Notes under the pieces: generated by a model
What the model was told of the DNA's origin: nothing
What the model saw: the letters and a program-made list of their open reading frames with translations, nothing else
The model's database searches: none
Position numbers and translations under genes: made by a program
Assembly: GCA_049517415.1 (NCBI GenBank)
Contig: JBEKSC010000030.1
Location: 1 to 28,097, forward strand
Reading direction: 5' to 3'
From: Candidatus Bathyarchaeia archaeon
Lineage (GTDB): Archaea; Thermoproteota; Bathyarchaeia; 40CM-2-53-6
DNA length: 28,097 nucleotides
In this document: piece by piece, positions 1-9,155 of the stretch
How the letters are laid out: every line of letters begins with the position of its first letter
How positions within the stretch are numbered: the stretch's first letter is position 1

Positions 1-448
1 CGCAGCCGCGAGTCAACCGATGATTAAAGGAATAATCGGTCTGGTTGGAGGCGCGGGGTTAATTGGTTTCGGTGTAATGCAAATCTATGGAACGCTCAGG
101 AGCAAACCTCGACCCGATAAAATTCCCACGACGAAAAATTTGCCCGCCAGTTCTCTCGTTCTCGGCTTGGCGCTGACCGGGCTTAATCCTTACTTTATTC
201 TCTGGTGGCTAACCATAGGTTCAATTCTAATCGTCCAAGCTTTAGCTTTTGCAGCCATCGTCGGCGTACTGATAATGTATGCCTCCCATGTCTGGATGGA
301 CTATGCATTTCTGACGGCAATAGCTCACCTGGGCAAGAAGGGTAGGGCTATTGTCGGTTCAAGATACTACAAGCTCGTCCTCATCGCCTTTGGATTAATC
401 CTCGCCTACTACGGCGCAACTTTCGTAGTTGACGCCGCCAAGTTGTGA
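1..448 (+). CDS. LysE family translocator, 5'-truncated by window edge
   Basis: Frame open from window start. LysE-type 'GLALTGLNPYFILWW' motif and several hydrophobic helices. Confidence 0.8.
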   Translation, partial: AAASQPMIKGIIGLVGGAGLIGFGVMQIYGTLRSKPRPDKIPTTKNLPASSLVLGLALTGLNPYFILWWLTIGSILIVQALAFAAIVGVLIMYASHVWMDYAFLTAIAHLGKKGRAIVGSRYYKLVLIAFGLILAYYGATFVVDAAKL

Positions 449-519
449 ACACGGAACGATTCCGTAAGGGTGGCACGTTTCAGCTTTTATTGCTGGAAGT
501 CGAAATCATCCCGTTCACT

Positions 520-882
520 ATGACCGCCATAAAACCTGCCCCCGTCAAACCATCCGTCCCAATTGACGTACTAAACGAGATTGACATTCGAGTTGGGACA
601 ATCGACCTTGTTGAGGAAGTGAAAGGATCGGACAAATTGGTGAAGCTGACTGTGAACTTCGGAGACCATAAAAGAAGCATACTGGCCGGAATGAGAGTGG
701 AACGCCAAAATTCGAAGGAGGTTGAAGGAAAACAGGCTCTATTCATTGTCAACCTCGAACCCAAGAGGATATTTGGAAAACTTTCGGAAGGAATGTTATT
801 CGACATAGGCTATGCGGATGGAATCACACCCGTGCTTGCGGTACCCGAACGCCCCGTACCTAATGGCACGCGAGCCGGCTGA
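520..882 (+). CDS. tRNA-binding OB-fold protein (CsaA/Trbp111/MetRS C-terminal-like)
   Basis: 'IDIRVGTI...SDKLVKLTVNFG...VNLEPKRIFGKLSEGMLF' is typical of this family. ATG at 520 preferred over the ORF-track start at 445. Confidence 0.85.
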   Translation: MTAIKPAPVKPSVPIDVLNEIDIRVGTIDLVEEVKGSDKLVKLTVNFGDHKRSILAGMRVERQNSKEVEGKQALFIVNLEPKRIFGKLSEGMLFDIGYADGITPVLAVPERPVPNGTRAG

Positions 883-907
883 CCTCTTGGCTCAAACAAT
901 GAATCAT

Positions 908-929
908 AGAAAGAAAAGGTGGGGGAGAG
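908..929 (-). terminator. Possible archaeal pyrimidine/U-rich terminator of the 950..1495 gene
   Basis: Minus strand reads CTCTCCCCCACCTTTTCTTTCT about 20 nt past the stop codon, between convergent genes. Confidence 0.35.
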
Positions 930-949
930 TTGGGATGCGCAGTCTTAGT

Positions 950-1495
950 TTATTGTTTGGAACGCATTGCGAGCAGATATCCTAATCCTCCGGCGAAGAA
1001 TCCGATTAAGCCGAGAATTAGAAAGATCGCTATTGGCTCAGTGTAGTATTGTAGGATGTTCACGTGTACTTGCATTTCGTTCCATCCCATACCTCCGAAC
1101 ATAGCAGGTTGCATGGCAGCACCACCACGGTAACCACCTGACATGGCTAGTAATGCTGCGCCCGCTACGCCGATGTTGCCAAGAACTAGATGTATCCAAG
1201 CTAATATTTTCGATGGACCCTTGTAGGTCCTGCCCTGCACAGTCTCAATGAAGAAGTAAAACAGTGAAGTCACCGCGATTCCGACCACGCCGACTGTCAA
1301 GTAGGTGAGGTATCCTACGGTGAACCAAGTTCCTGCTTCTCCACTTGCGATTACTCTGGAGACTGCAACCGGGTACAAGCCGATTTGGTCACCGAAGCCA
1401 CCTAGAAATGTGATCACTGCCGCGATGGCGCCTTGGATTATTGCTGCGTATAGAAATAGAGTGGCCATTTTGCTTTGTGCTCCTTTTGTTTGCAA
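950..1495 (-). CDS. Hypothetical membrane protein with about 4 TM helices
   Basis: Four hydrophobic segments. 'LAWIHLVLGNIGV' resembles late helices of heme-copper oxidase subunit I. TATA-like TTTTAAAT about 50 nt upstream. Confidence 0.75.
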   Translation of the reverse strand: MQTKGAQSKMATLFLYAAIIQGAIAAVITFLGGFGDQIGLYPVAVSRVIASGEAGTWFTVGYLTYLTVGVVGIAVTSLFYFFIETVQGRTYKGPSKILAWIHLVLGNIGVAGAALLAMSGGYRGGAAMQPAMFGGMGWNEMQVHVNILQYYTEPIAIFLILGLIGFFAGGLGYLLAMRSKQ

Positions 1496-1647
1496 TTCTA
1501 TCCCTCCCTCAAAGTTATGATACGGTAAATATTACCTGACCCCATTTAAAAGCCAAATATATGTTCTCGATACGAGAAAGCAAAAAATCAAATACGAGCC
1601 CCCAAACGACCCGGCATTAGTTGGGATCCTCCCAATTCCTACTTAAG

Positions 1648-2325
1648 TCAACATTGACGTTGACCAATCACACCCAGTTGCTCGATGAGTAACGGCAGGT
1701 CGTTTACTGATCCTAGAAGATAGTCTGGTTCCGCTTGAATTAATCGATCGCTCGAGAATGGCCCCGTGGCAACAGCAACCGATGGCAACCCTACCGCTCG
1801 CGCCGCCATGATGTCGATGACACCATCGCCTACAAGAATAGCTTCTTGGGGTCGGATATTCATTTTTGTCAGAATTTTTCGAACCGGGGCGCCGTCCGGT
1901 TTCATCTCTTCGCAGTCATCTCTCGTAACGATAGCGTCGAAGAACGCTGTCAGGTGGTACCGCCTGAGAGTTATCTCCGTGCCGGCATGCCCGTTGTTCG
2001 TTACTAGTCCAATTCTCAGGCCGCGAGAACGGAGCATTCGAAGCGTCTCCACAGCACCCGGGTACAAGGTAACCTCGTTGGCGCCTTTGACTTCCATGTC
2101 CTCAAGAAGGCCGTAGAATTTTCGCCGGAGGCTTGTGAAACTATCAGTATCCAGTTCTTCCTTCAATTTCTTGAGGATAAGATAGAGGCTGAGTTGTTCA
2201 TTCACTTCCGGCGTGCGCAGATTTAATTTGTCAAGTTCCCGCAATGCTTCGCGTCGAGCAGCCATGTAGTCGAGGTTGAACTTCGTTATCGTTCCGTCCA
2301 TGTCCATTACGATGCCTTTGATCAA
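1648..2325 (-). CDS. HAD-superfamily hydrolase (phosphoglycolate phosphatase-like)
   Basis: Motif I 'DMDGT', motif II 'VTNN', 'KPDG', motif IV 'VGDGVIDI'. TTG at 2325 follows a GGAGG. Confidence 0.88.
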   Translation of the reverse strand: MIKGIVMDMDGTITKFNLDYMAARREALRELDKLNLRTPEVNEQLSLYLILKKLKEELDTDSFTSLRRKFYGLLEDMEVKGANEVTLYPGAVETLRMLRSRGLRIGLVTNNGHAGTEITLRRYHLTAFFDAIVTRDDCEEMKPDGAPVRKILTKMNIRPQEAILVGDGVIDIMAARAVGLPSVAVATGPFSSDRLIQAEPDYLLGSVNDLPLLIEQLGVIGQRQC

Positions 2326-2398
2326 GCACTTGTCCTCCAAGAGTATTGCCTTGTAACAAATAATAGTGGAATTCATTAAAGGTTGATGATGATTGCCC

Positions 2399-2983
2399 AT
2401 GCCCTGGAAAGACGTTGACCTAGCTAGGGTCCACAGATTGTTCTATCCGCAAGTTCCAGTCGTTATCACTTCTGAATTTGAGGGGCGGGTTGGGGGAATG
2501 CCTGCTATCTGGTGCATGCCCCTCTCGTTCAACCCTCCCTTGATCGGAGTTGCCATCGCACCTGAACATGAGACCTACAGAATGATTATGGGCGCACGGG
2601 CGTTCGGGATAAATTGGCTAGGCTTCTCTCAGGCCAGACAGATTGGTGAGCTTGGTGAGACCTCAGCTAAAACCTACACTAACAAACTCTCGGCGACCGG
2701 TTTCAAGACAATCAAAGGCAAGAGAACATCCCAACCCATAATCCAAGAAGCCTCCGCGGCCCTGGAATGCCGCCTCAACGAAACGCACCGAACCGGGACA
2801 CATGAACTCGTGGTCGGCGAAGCAGTAAACGCAATGGCGAATAGCGATTTTGTCGATTACTGGAACCTCTCAAAATACAACCCCCTTCTCTACGTTGGTA
2901 CAGTGAATGGTAAGGAAAAGAGCTGGGTCTTCAGATCAATGCGTGGGAAGTCCGTGGAAGTGCCTCTTAGACACAAGGTTTGA
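2399..2983 (+). CDS. Flavin reductase family protein (DIM6/NTAB)
   Basis: 'YPQVPVVITS', 'LSFNPPLIGVAI', 'LECRL...GTHELVVGE'. Confidence 0.88.
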   Translation: MPWKDVDLARVHRLFYPQVPVVITSEFEGRVGGMPAIWCMPLSFNPPLIGVAIAPEHETYRMIMGARAFGINWLGFSQARQIGELGETSAKTYTNKLSATGFKTIKGKRTSQPIIQEASAALECRLNETHRTGTHELVVGEAVNAMANSDFVDYWNLSKYNPLLYVGTVNGKEKSWVFRSMRGKSVEVPLRHKV

Positions 2984-3113
2984 GCGAAGTTGGTTTGTGT
3001 ACTCGAACGTACAGGCCATCAATCTTTGATGCTGATCACGTTGAAGACGGTTTCTTACGTCAATAGGTGGCAGTTTTAGTTTTGGGCCATTTGGTCTGTT
3101 CGAGCGAGTCACT

Positions 3114-3530
3114 TTGGAATTCACTAGAGCTGAGAAACGGTTCATCGAGGATAATGATGTAGCAAGACTCGCCACAGCGGGCCCGGACGGAATCCCGCAT
3201 CTGGTTCCGGACTGTTACGCCCATAGTTCGGACGCGTTCTGGGTGGCAACTGATTACGGAACAAGAAAATACCGCAATCTCCAGAGGAACGATAAAGTCG
3301 CGTTACTCATCGATTTTGGCAACGCGTCTAATCGCGGTATACTCGTCCAAGGACGGGCTAAGACCTTCGATAGATGACCGGAGTTCCGTGAGATTTATGA
3401 CGTTTTTCACAAGAAATTCGATTGGGTTCGTGAAATGCCTCGGAAGGAAGGTGAAGCACCTTTCGTCAGGATTGAACCAATACGGAAGGTGAGTTGGGGA
3501 CTGAAACAGTCAGACCATGCATTGCTGTGA
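3114..3530 (+). pseudogene. Pyridoxamine 5'-phosphate oxidase-like (PPOX, FMN/F420 split barrel) gene with internal TGA
   Basis: 'VARLATAGPDGIPHLVP...KYRNLQRNDKVALLID'. TGA at 3375-3377, then the same frame continues PEFREIYDVFHKKFDWV...PFVRIEPIRKVSWGL to a stop at 3530. Confidence 0.8.
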
Positions 3531-3647
3531 TGAGTGCAAATCTCAGAATATTGTTAGCGACTATTTGCCTGAGAATTTACACAGTCTTGCTAAATCTTGC
3601 GTAGGCTTAATTTAGCGCCTTGCGGTGGGAGGTTTAGGTATTTGATT

Positions 3648-3881
3648 ATGAGCTATTGTGGTTGTGGTTACCCGTACAGCTACTCGTCGTACCAGTACTC
3701 CCCGTACCAGTACTATGGCTATCCACCTTACATGTCGTACCCATCGTACGGCTACTATCCATTCTACGGCTACTATCCATCCTACGGCCTGCCCTTAGGC
3801 TACGTTTACAGCGAGCCAATTGCCTTTGGTTATCCGCGCGGTGAACACCGCGTCGGCAACTGCCTAATGATCTGTCAGTAG
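3648..3881 (+). CDS. Small Tyr/Gly/Pro/Ser-rich repeat peptide (77 aa)
   Basis: ATG at 3648 after GGTGGGAGG. 22 of 77 residues are Tyr. Repeat periods are multiples of 3 and synonymous codons vary, which suggests coding. Confidence 0.6.
   Translation: MSYCGCGYPYSYSSYQYSPYQYYGYPPYMSYPSYGYYPFYGYYPSYGLPLGYVYSEPIAFGYPRGEHRVGNCLMICQ
3688..3788 (+). repeat. Short in-frame tandem repeats in the Tyr-rich ORF
   Basis: CGTACCAGTACT at 3688 and 3703 (15-nt period). TACGGCTACTATCCAT at 3747 and 3765 with a partial copy at 3783 (18-nt period). Confidence 0.75.
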
Positions 3882-3985
3882 AGCAACAACTCTTACTTCG
3901 CGTCTATGAGACAGCAATGTGAATAGCACGGTAGGCTCTAGACCGGAGGATTGTTTGGTCCTAGAGTCTTATTGGGGTCCATTCA

Positions 3986-5254
3986 ATGAGTGGCCACGAG
4001 TCACACAACGCACTTGACGTCAAACTTCTGCTTGTTGCAATGGGCATTAACGCGTTACCTCTCGGTTACACGCTCGTCGTTTTGCCGATCTACTTGAGCA
4101 ATCTAGGTTTCTCAGGCGAGGTAATCGGTGCAATAACAGCTGCTTCGTCTTTTGCAAGCACGATTGGGTTAATACCTTTCGCGATTGCAGCCGACCGTTA
4201 TGGTAGGAAGCCCTTCGTTGTTTGGGGCTTCCTATCGGCGACCTTGGCTTACATATTCTTCGCACTTACCCGCGACTTGAACTCGTTGTTAATAGCTGGC
4301 GCAATTGGTGGAATTGGGTTAGCTGGTGGTTTCAGTACCGCAGTTTGGACACCGGCGTGGACGGCACTCATATCCGAAAAGGCGGGAACGAAAGAGCGAA
4401 CCAAAGCTTTCGCATGGTCGCAAGGTATCTGGACGATTGCACTAACCGCAGGGTCAGCTGCGAGTGTTATTCCAGCCTTTTTGCGCGCACAGTTCAAATC
4501 AACATTCCTAGCATCTTACGAGTACCCATTTCTGATTTTTGTGGGCCTCTCGATTTTGTCGGGGTTAGTTCTCTTACCAATTTCTGAGTCGAAAGCGATT
4601 CCACAAAGTCCTGACGGACATCGATGGAACTTCCTCCCCAAGAAATCGCGCCCTCAAATCGCCAAGTTTTCAGCGACCTTAGGGTTAGTTGGGTTTGGAT
4701 CCGGAATTGGCCTCCAGCTGCTTTCCCTCTGGTTCAATAGGGTGTATGGGACAAGTGAAACGTCTCTCGGCCCATGGTTCGCGGTAGCCGAAATGACGTC
4801 ACTCATCGTTGTACCAATAGTTCCGAGATTGACGAAAAGCTTGGGAACCCCTAAGAGTGTTCTAATAACGCAGGGATTATCAGCCAGTCTGCTGGCGTCA
4901 ATGGTTCTTGCGCCAACCTACCAGTTCGCTGCATCTATCTTTATTGTGCGTAACTTCTTGATGAACCTAGCATGGCCAGTGCAACAATCTTACTTGATGG
5001 GAACGGTAACGCCCGACGAACGGGCTTCCGCATCAGCGATAACTTACACAATCTGGGGGATAGGAAATTCCGTTAGTCCGATTCTAGCGGGCTATTTCCT
5101 AAGCCAGGCTTCATCACTCTCGCTCTCCGCTCCTCTACTAATCGGCGGAGCAGCATATTTGGCGGGCGCTGTAGGCTTCTACATACTCTTTCGCGGAACC
5201 CCGCCACCAGAGGAGGTACTCCCCCTATCAAAGATCGGTCATGAAGTCATGTAG
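3986..5254 (+). CDS. MFS transporter
   Basis: About 12 TM segments. Motif A 'AADRYGRK'. Confidence 0.92.
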   Translation: MSGHESHNALDVKLLLVAMGINALPLGYTLVVLPIYLSNLGFSGEVIGAITAASSFASTIGLIPFAIAADRYGRKPFVVWGFLSATLAYIFFALTRDLNSLLIAGAIGGIGLAGGFSTAVWTPAWTALISEKAGTKERTKAFAWSQGIWTIALTAGSAASVIPAFLRAQFKSTFLASYEYPFLIFVGLSILSGLVLLPISESKAIPQSPDGHRWNFLPKKSRPQIAKFSATLGLVGFGSGIGLQLLSLWFNRVYGTSETSLGPWFAVAEMTSLIVVPIVPRLTKSLGTPKSVLITQGLSASLLASMVLAPTYQFAASIFIVRNFLMNLAWPVQQSYLMGTVTPDERASASAITYTIWGIGNSVSPILAGYFLSQASSLSLSAPLLIGGAAYLAGAVGFYILFRGTPPPEEVLPLSKIGHEVM

Positions 5255-5269
5255 ACAAGGGGCTTAATC

Positions 5270-5653
5270 TCAAGTCTCAACAGGGACTAGTTTCTTGCCT
5301 TCCCAGTTGAAACCTAGCTCCTTAAGCTCTTCCAAGAACCACCTGAGGTTTTCTTTCGGTTCATGAAATCTGTCGAAGAGCTCTTTCGTGACATACCCGA
5401 GGAATGAGGCGAAGAGTTGCTTATCTTCGATGTACAGCCGGTTTAGGAATAACGACAAGCGGTCAAGCTCGTAATCTCCCGTGAGCACCTCGGCATAGAC
5501 ATTTTCCCAAGCTTTCTCCAGATTGAAATACCGCACGGCTTCACGCATATACGGGAAAAGGTCAGTGAAATATTCCCGCAACATTCCCTGGGAGCGAAAG
5601 ACTGACTGCACTAGTTTTCTAATTCTCATATCTACTTCTGGAATGCCGCTCAA
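5270..5653 (-). CDS. Hypothetical protein (127 aa)
   Basis: Clean ORF filling the gap and co-oriented with upstream genes. No recognised motif. Confidence 0.7.
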   Translation of the reverse strand: MSGIPEVDMRIRKLVQSVFRSQGMLREYFTDLFPYMREAVRYFNLEKAWENVYAEVLTGDYELDRLSLFLNRLYIEDKQLFASFLGYVTKELFDRFHEPKENLRWFLEELKELGFNWEGKKLVPVET

Positions 5654-5692
5654 AGATCATCGACCTAGTGAGCCTAGAATCTTAGCTCCCTA

Positions 5693-6985
5693 TTATGGAT
5701 AGATTTCCTTGAGCATGAGTCTTATCCGATTTTCTACTTCGCTCGGTTCTACCGCGCCAGTTTCCGTAATGTATTCCGAAACGTCGTGACGTGGCGTAAT
5801 GTCGAAAAGGCCGTTTGAAGCCTGAATCCGTTCACCTAGAAAATCGGCCGTACTGAACTTCATCGACTCGCAGACACTGTAGAAGGGAATTTCCAGTTCT
5901 TTTGCTGCGGCAGCGATGCTCTCGGTTCCGACCTTGTGAAGTAGGGAACCATCCGTCAGAACGCTGTCTGCCCCAACCAACACGAGATCAGCATCCGGAA
6001 TGACTGAACCAGCCGATGAATCGGCGACGAGTTTCACAGGCACACCCAGACCCACGAGGTCCTTAGCGAGATTCTTCCCCTCCATTCCTGGATATGATTC
6101 GGTGGCATAAACTTCGAATTGTTTCCTACTCTTCATGCCTAATTCCAGTGCCCTGAGGACAGTGCTGCTGTAGCTGTGGGTGAGGACATGGCCAGCCTCT
6201 GGCAATATGGAAACAGCGTTTCTCGAGGCGTCCTCCGACGCAAGGCTTGACCGTTGAGTCGTCTGTTCAACTAGCGACCGGATTAACTTCCGGTAATCGG
6301 CAGCGGAAGCCGAGCCATTCTTCCGAGCGGCCGAGAACAGCAACATGCCAACCAGATTTCTTACATTCGCCATAGCTGGTTGCGCCTTGCGCAACTTTAA
6401 CGCCGCAAATAAGAGGTTGCAAAACATTTCCTCCCTAGTTGTGGTCCCTGAAATTTCAGTGGCCGTAGCTAGTAGCTGAAGTGCGCTCCGGCCAATTGTG
6501 CTGGCCCCGTGAACCTTATCCTTCGCAATAGCGTCGACTCCCGTCAATACCTTGATGAGCTCTTCTGGAGCAGATTCGAAGTCGTAGCGGACGCGGTCAA
6601 ACGTCTCTTCGAGTTTCGGGACCGTTTCATACGACCTTAGTTCATCGGGATGAATCCATCTGCATTCCGCATTTTCCCAATCGAGCGTAATTGTATTCGA
6701 ACGCGTATCAAACAGGAATGGGTGAACAACCCAGACAGTCTTCGATTGCTCGTCATACACGCGAAGGACCTCACCTGCCCTCACAAAGCTGATATCCTCG
6801 GAGGATAGACCGAGCTCTTCCTGTATTTCGATTTGCGCGCGATAAAGGGGAACTTCACTTCCTTCAAGGTAGCCGCTTACCGCTGCCCATTTGCCCTTGT
6901 GTGTCCCAACCCTTTCGCTTCTTTTTAGCAGAAGGATTTTCTTATCGGCAATCAGAAACGCGGTTACGACGCTTTTGTATTCCAA
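5693..6985 (-). CDS. Nudix hydrolase fused to an IF-2B / sugar-phosphate isomerase family domain
   Basis: N-terminal Nudix box 'GYLEGSEVPLYRAQIEIQEELGL'. C-terminal 'HGAS', 'QPAMA', 'THSYSSTV', 'LVGADSV', 'KVGT', 'FDITP'. Confidence 0.88.
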   Translation of the reverse strand: MEYKSVVTAFLIADKKILLLKRSERVGTHKGKWAAVSGYLEGSEVPLYRAQIEIQEELGLSSEDISFVRAGEVLRVYDEQSKTVWVVHPFLFDTRSNTITLDWENAECRWIHPDELRSYETVPKLEETFDRVRYDFESAPEELIKVLTGVDAIAKDKVHGASTIGRSALQLLATATEISGTTTREEMFCNLLFAALKLRKAQPAMANVRNLVGMLLFSAARKNGSASAADYRKLIRSLVEQTTQRSSLASEDASRNAVSILPEAGHVLTHSYSSTVLRALELGMKSRKQFEVYATESYPGMEGKNLAKDLVGLGVPVKLVADSSAGSVIPDADLVLVGADSVLTDGSLLHKVGTESIAAAAKELEIPFYSVCESMKFSTADFLGERIQASNGLFDITPRHDVSEYITETGAVEPSEVENRIRLMLKEIYP

Positions 6986-7011
6986 CTAGCCACACTGAAA
7001 ACGATCTTTGC

Positions 7012-8382
7012 TCATTTCTTTAGTGAATCTACCTGGGGCTGCGTAGTTTCCAATCGTTTCCACAATTTCGCTGCGGCGATTTGTGAGATGGATTGAGCTT
7101 TCTCTACGTCAAACGTGAGAAGTTGCTTATTCTTGACGATGAACTTGCCGTTGACAAGAACGGCTTCAACATCGTCTCCATCTACGGTATTGATTAGATG
7201 GCCTACGACGCTGTTGGCGTTGAGCGGTGTGGGGAGTAAGTTCGGTTTGATTATAATGATGTCCGCCTTCTTGCCAGGCTCTATGGACCCAAACTCCTTA
7301 TCCATGCCGTACAACTTTGCTCCGTTTACGGTCGCCATCTCTAAGATGGTGTAAGGGTCGATTGCGTTTGGGTTTTTGTGGTATACTCGGTGCAGTAAGT
7401 AGGCTGCACGCATGTTCTCGAACATGTCGAATATGTATCCGTCATTTCCTAAACCCACGTTGATTCTCTTCTCCAGCATTCTAAGAACTGGTGCAACTCC
7501 GACAGCGTTCAACATGTTGCTCATGGGGTTGTGTGCTATTCCGGTATTTGTTTGGGCAATGATGTGGATTTCGTTTTCATCGAGGTTCACGCAGTGAGCT
7601 AAGACCACGTCAGGCCCAAGCAGTCCAACGTCACGTAACCTCTCCACTGTCCGCTTACCGTAATTCTCCAAGTTGTGGTGAAGATCTCCCAGCCCTTCTG
7701 AGGCATGTATAGTAATTGGCACGTGGTACTTTACCGCCAGCGCCTTTACTCGTTTGATGAGGTCATCGGAAACGGTGAAGGAAGCGTGAATACTGAAGAG
7801 AGGTTTGGCTTTGCTCTCAGTTTTGGAATGCATTTTCTCTGCGAACCGTACGTTCTCCAATACCCCCCTCTCTCCCTCATCCTTTGAGTGCCGCTCGGTC
7901 GCTTCGAATGCTACAAAACCCCTAATCCCGACCTCCTCGACGGCACGCGCAATATGGTCCAATACGCCTGAAATTGAGTTGGGCCCTGAATAGGTGTCCG
8001 CGAAAGTTGTCACACCTGACTTAGCGAACTCAACTGAAGCAACCAAAGCGCTTGCGTAGGCATCCTCGAAACTCATCGCTTCGTCCACCGGCCACCAAAC
8101 ACGCTGAAGAATTTGCGTAAAATCTGAGGGCGGCGTTATCTTCAGCGCTGCTCCTCTCAGCAACATGCCGTACAAGTGCGAGTGGCTGCAGACAATACCC
8201 GGCATTACGATACGGCCGGACGCCTCCAAGACCTCAGCTGTAAGGTACTTCTTCTGCAGGTCGACAGCCCCACCGATTTCTACAATCTTGCCTTGCTCTA
8301 TCGCGACGGCATGACCTTCCAATATCCGTCGGCGACTATCCATCGTGACTAAAACACCATTTCTTATGAGAAGGTCAACCAA
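7012..8382 (-). CDS. Metal-dependent amidohydrolase (SsnA / MTA-SAH deaminase family)
   Basis: 'MPGIVCSHSHLY', 'PPSDFTQILQRVWWPVD' (SsnA-like), 'IHASEG', 'LGNDG', 'GSIEPGKKADI'. Probable TTG start at 8382 (MVDLLIRNG). Confidence 0.88.
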   Translation of the reverse strand: MVDLLIRNGVLVTMDSRRRILEGHAVAIEQGKIVEIGGAVDLQKKYLTAEVLEASGRIVMPGIVCSHSHLYGMLLRGAALKITPPSDFTQILQRVWWPVDEAMSFEDAYASALVASVEFAKSGVTTFADTYSGPNSISGVLDHIARAVEEVGIRGFVAFEATERHSKDEGERGVLENVRFAEKMHSKTESKAKPLFSIHASFTVSDDLIKRVKALAVKYHVPITIHASEGLGDLHHNLENYGKRTVERLRDVGLLGPDVVLAHCVNLDENEIHIIAQTNTGIAHNPMSNMLNAVGVAPVLRMLEKRINVGLGNDGYIFDMFENMRAAYLLHRVYHKNPNAIDPYTILEMATVNGAKLYGMDKEFGSIEPGKKADIIIIKPNLLPTPLNANSVVGHLINTVDGDDVEAVLVNGKFIVKNKQLLTFDVEKAQSISQIAAAKLWKRLETTQPQVDSLKK

Positions 8383-8473
8383 TAATGAAGACCAACCAGA
8401 GTAGCAACACCTTTCGATAAAATAGGTTCCTATTTGAGATGAAGACGGCTGAGTTACTCTGACTACTTCGAAG

Positions 8474-9070
8474 GTGCGAACAGTTGGCTTGGGGGATTCC
8501 ACGACGGCTGGCACCCCAGGCTTCCTTTCCCCGCTTGAAGCCCCACCTACCGGCCGAGGCAATCCCGAAAGCCAGTACGCCTACTGGATGAAGAAAGCCC
8601 ATCCCGAGTGGACCGTGTTAAATCGTGGCATCAATGGTCAGAGGTCGGATGAGATTCTGGCCAGGTTCGAACGCGATGTCCTGTCGGAGTCGCCAAATTA
8701 CGTTGTGATCCTAGGAGGAGTCAATGACGTTTACCAAGGCGCCCCCTTAGGATTTACAAAGAAACATCTGCTCACAATGTATGAGAAAGCCCTCGCTGCA
8801 AAAATTACTGCGGTTGCAGCCACAGTACTTCCCTACAACATGGCGTCGACTCGTGAAACAGGAACAATCAGTGACCTAAACAATTGGATAAAGAATGCCG
8901 CGAATCGACTTGGAATTCTCTTCTGCGATACTAATCTGGCCGTCAGGGACCCGCGCAACAAAGACCGGCTGCTCAGTACACCGGATGGACTTCACCCCGA
9001 TGTCTCAGGTTACTGTAAAATGGGCCAAGCTTTAGCTGCGACAATTGCTCGTAAAGCCAAACTGGGATAA
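8474..9070 (+). CDS. SGNH/GDSL hydrolase
   Basis: Blocks 'GDSTT', 'NRGING', 'GGVND', 'DGLHP'. Confidence 0.92.
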   Translation: MRTVGLGDSTTAGTPGFLSPLEAPPTGRGNPESQYAYWMKKAHPEWTVLNRGINGQRSDEILARFERDVLSESPNYVVILGGVNDVYQGAPLGFTKKHLLTMYEKALAAKITAVAATVLPYNMASTRETGTISDLNNWIKNAANRLGILFCDTNLAVRDPRNKDRLLSTPDGLHPDVSGYCKMGQALAATIARKAKLG

Positions 9071-9155
9071 TTTGCCCACCGGAATCCCTTTGACAAGCAG
9101 TGGCATGAACTCAGATTCAATGATAACTAAGTCTCGGTAGAATAGGGGAAAGATA

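Noticed and set aside
3000..3070. Minus-strand AAACCGTC...GATTGATGGCCTGTAC resembling the 3' half of a fluoride riboswitch
   Set aside because: The 5' GATG pseudoknot half is not evident and the element is antisense to both flanking genes. An Infernal/Rfam scan would be needed.
3688..3788. Short repeats as a mini-CRISPR
   Set aside because: Periods of 15-18 nt with no spacers, in-frame coding behaviour, and no cas genes.
8383..8562. Long N-terminal extensions in the ORF track (amidohydrolase, also HAD to 2400 and 3-hydroxyacyl-CoA dehydrogenase to 13647)
   Set aside because: They overlap divergent genes or precede the family's normal start. Downstream starts fit better.
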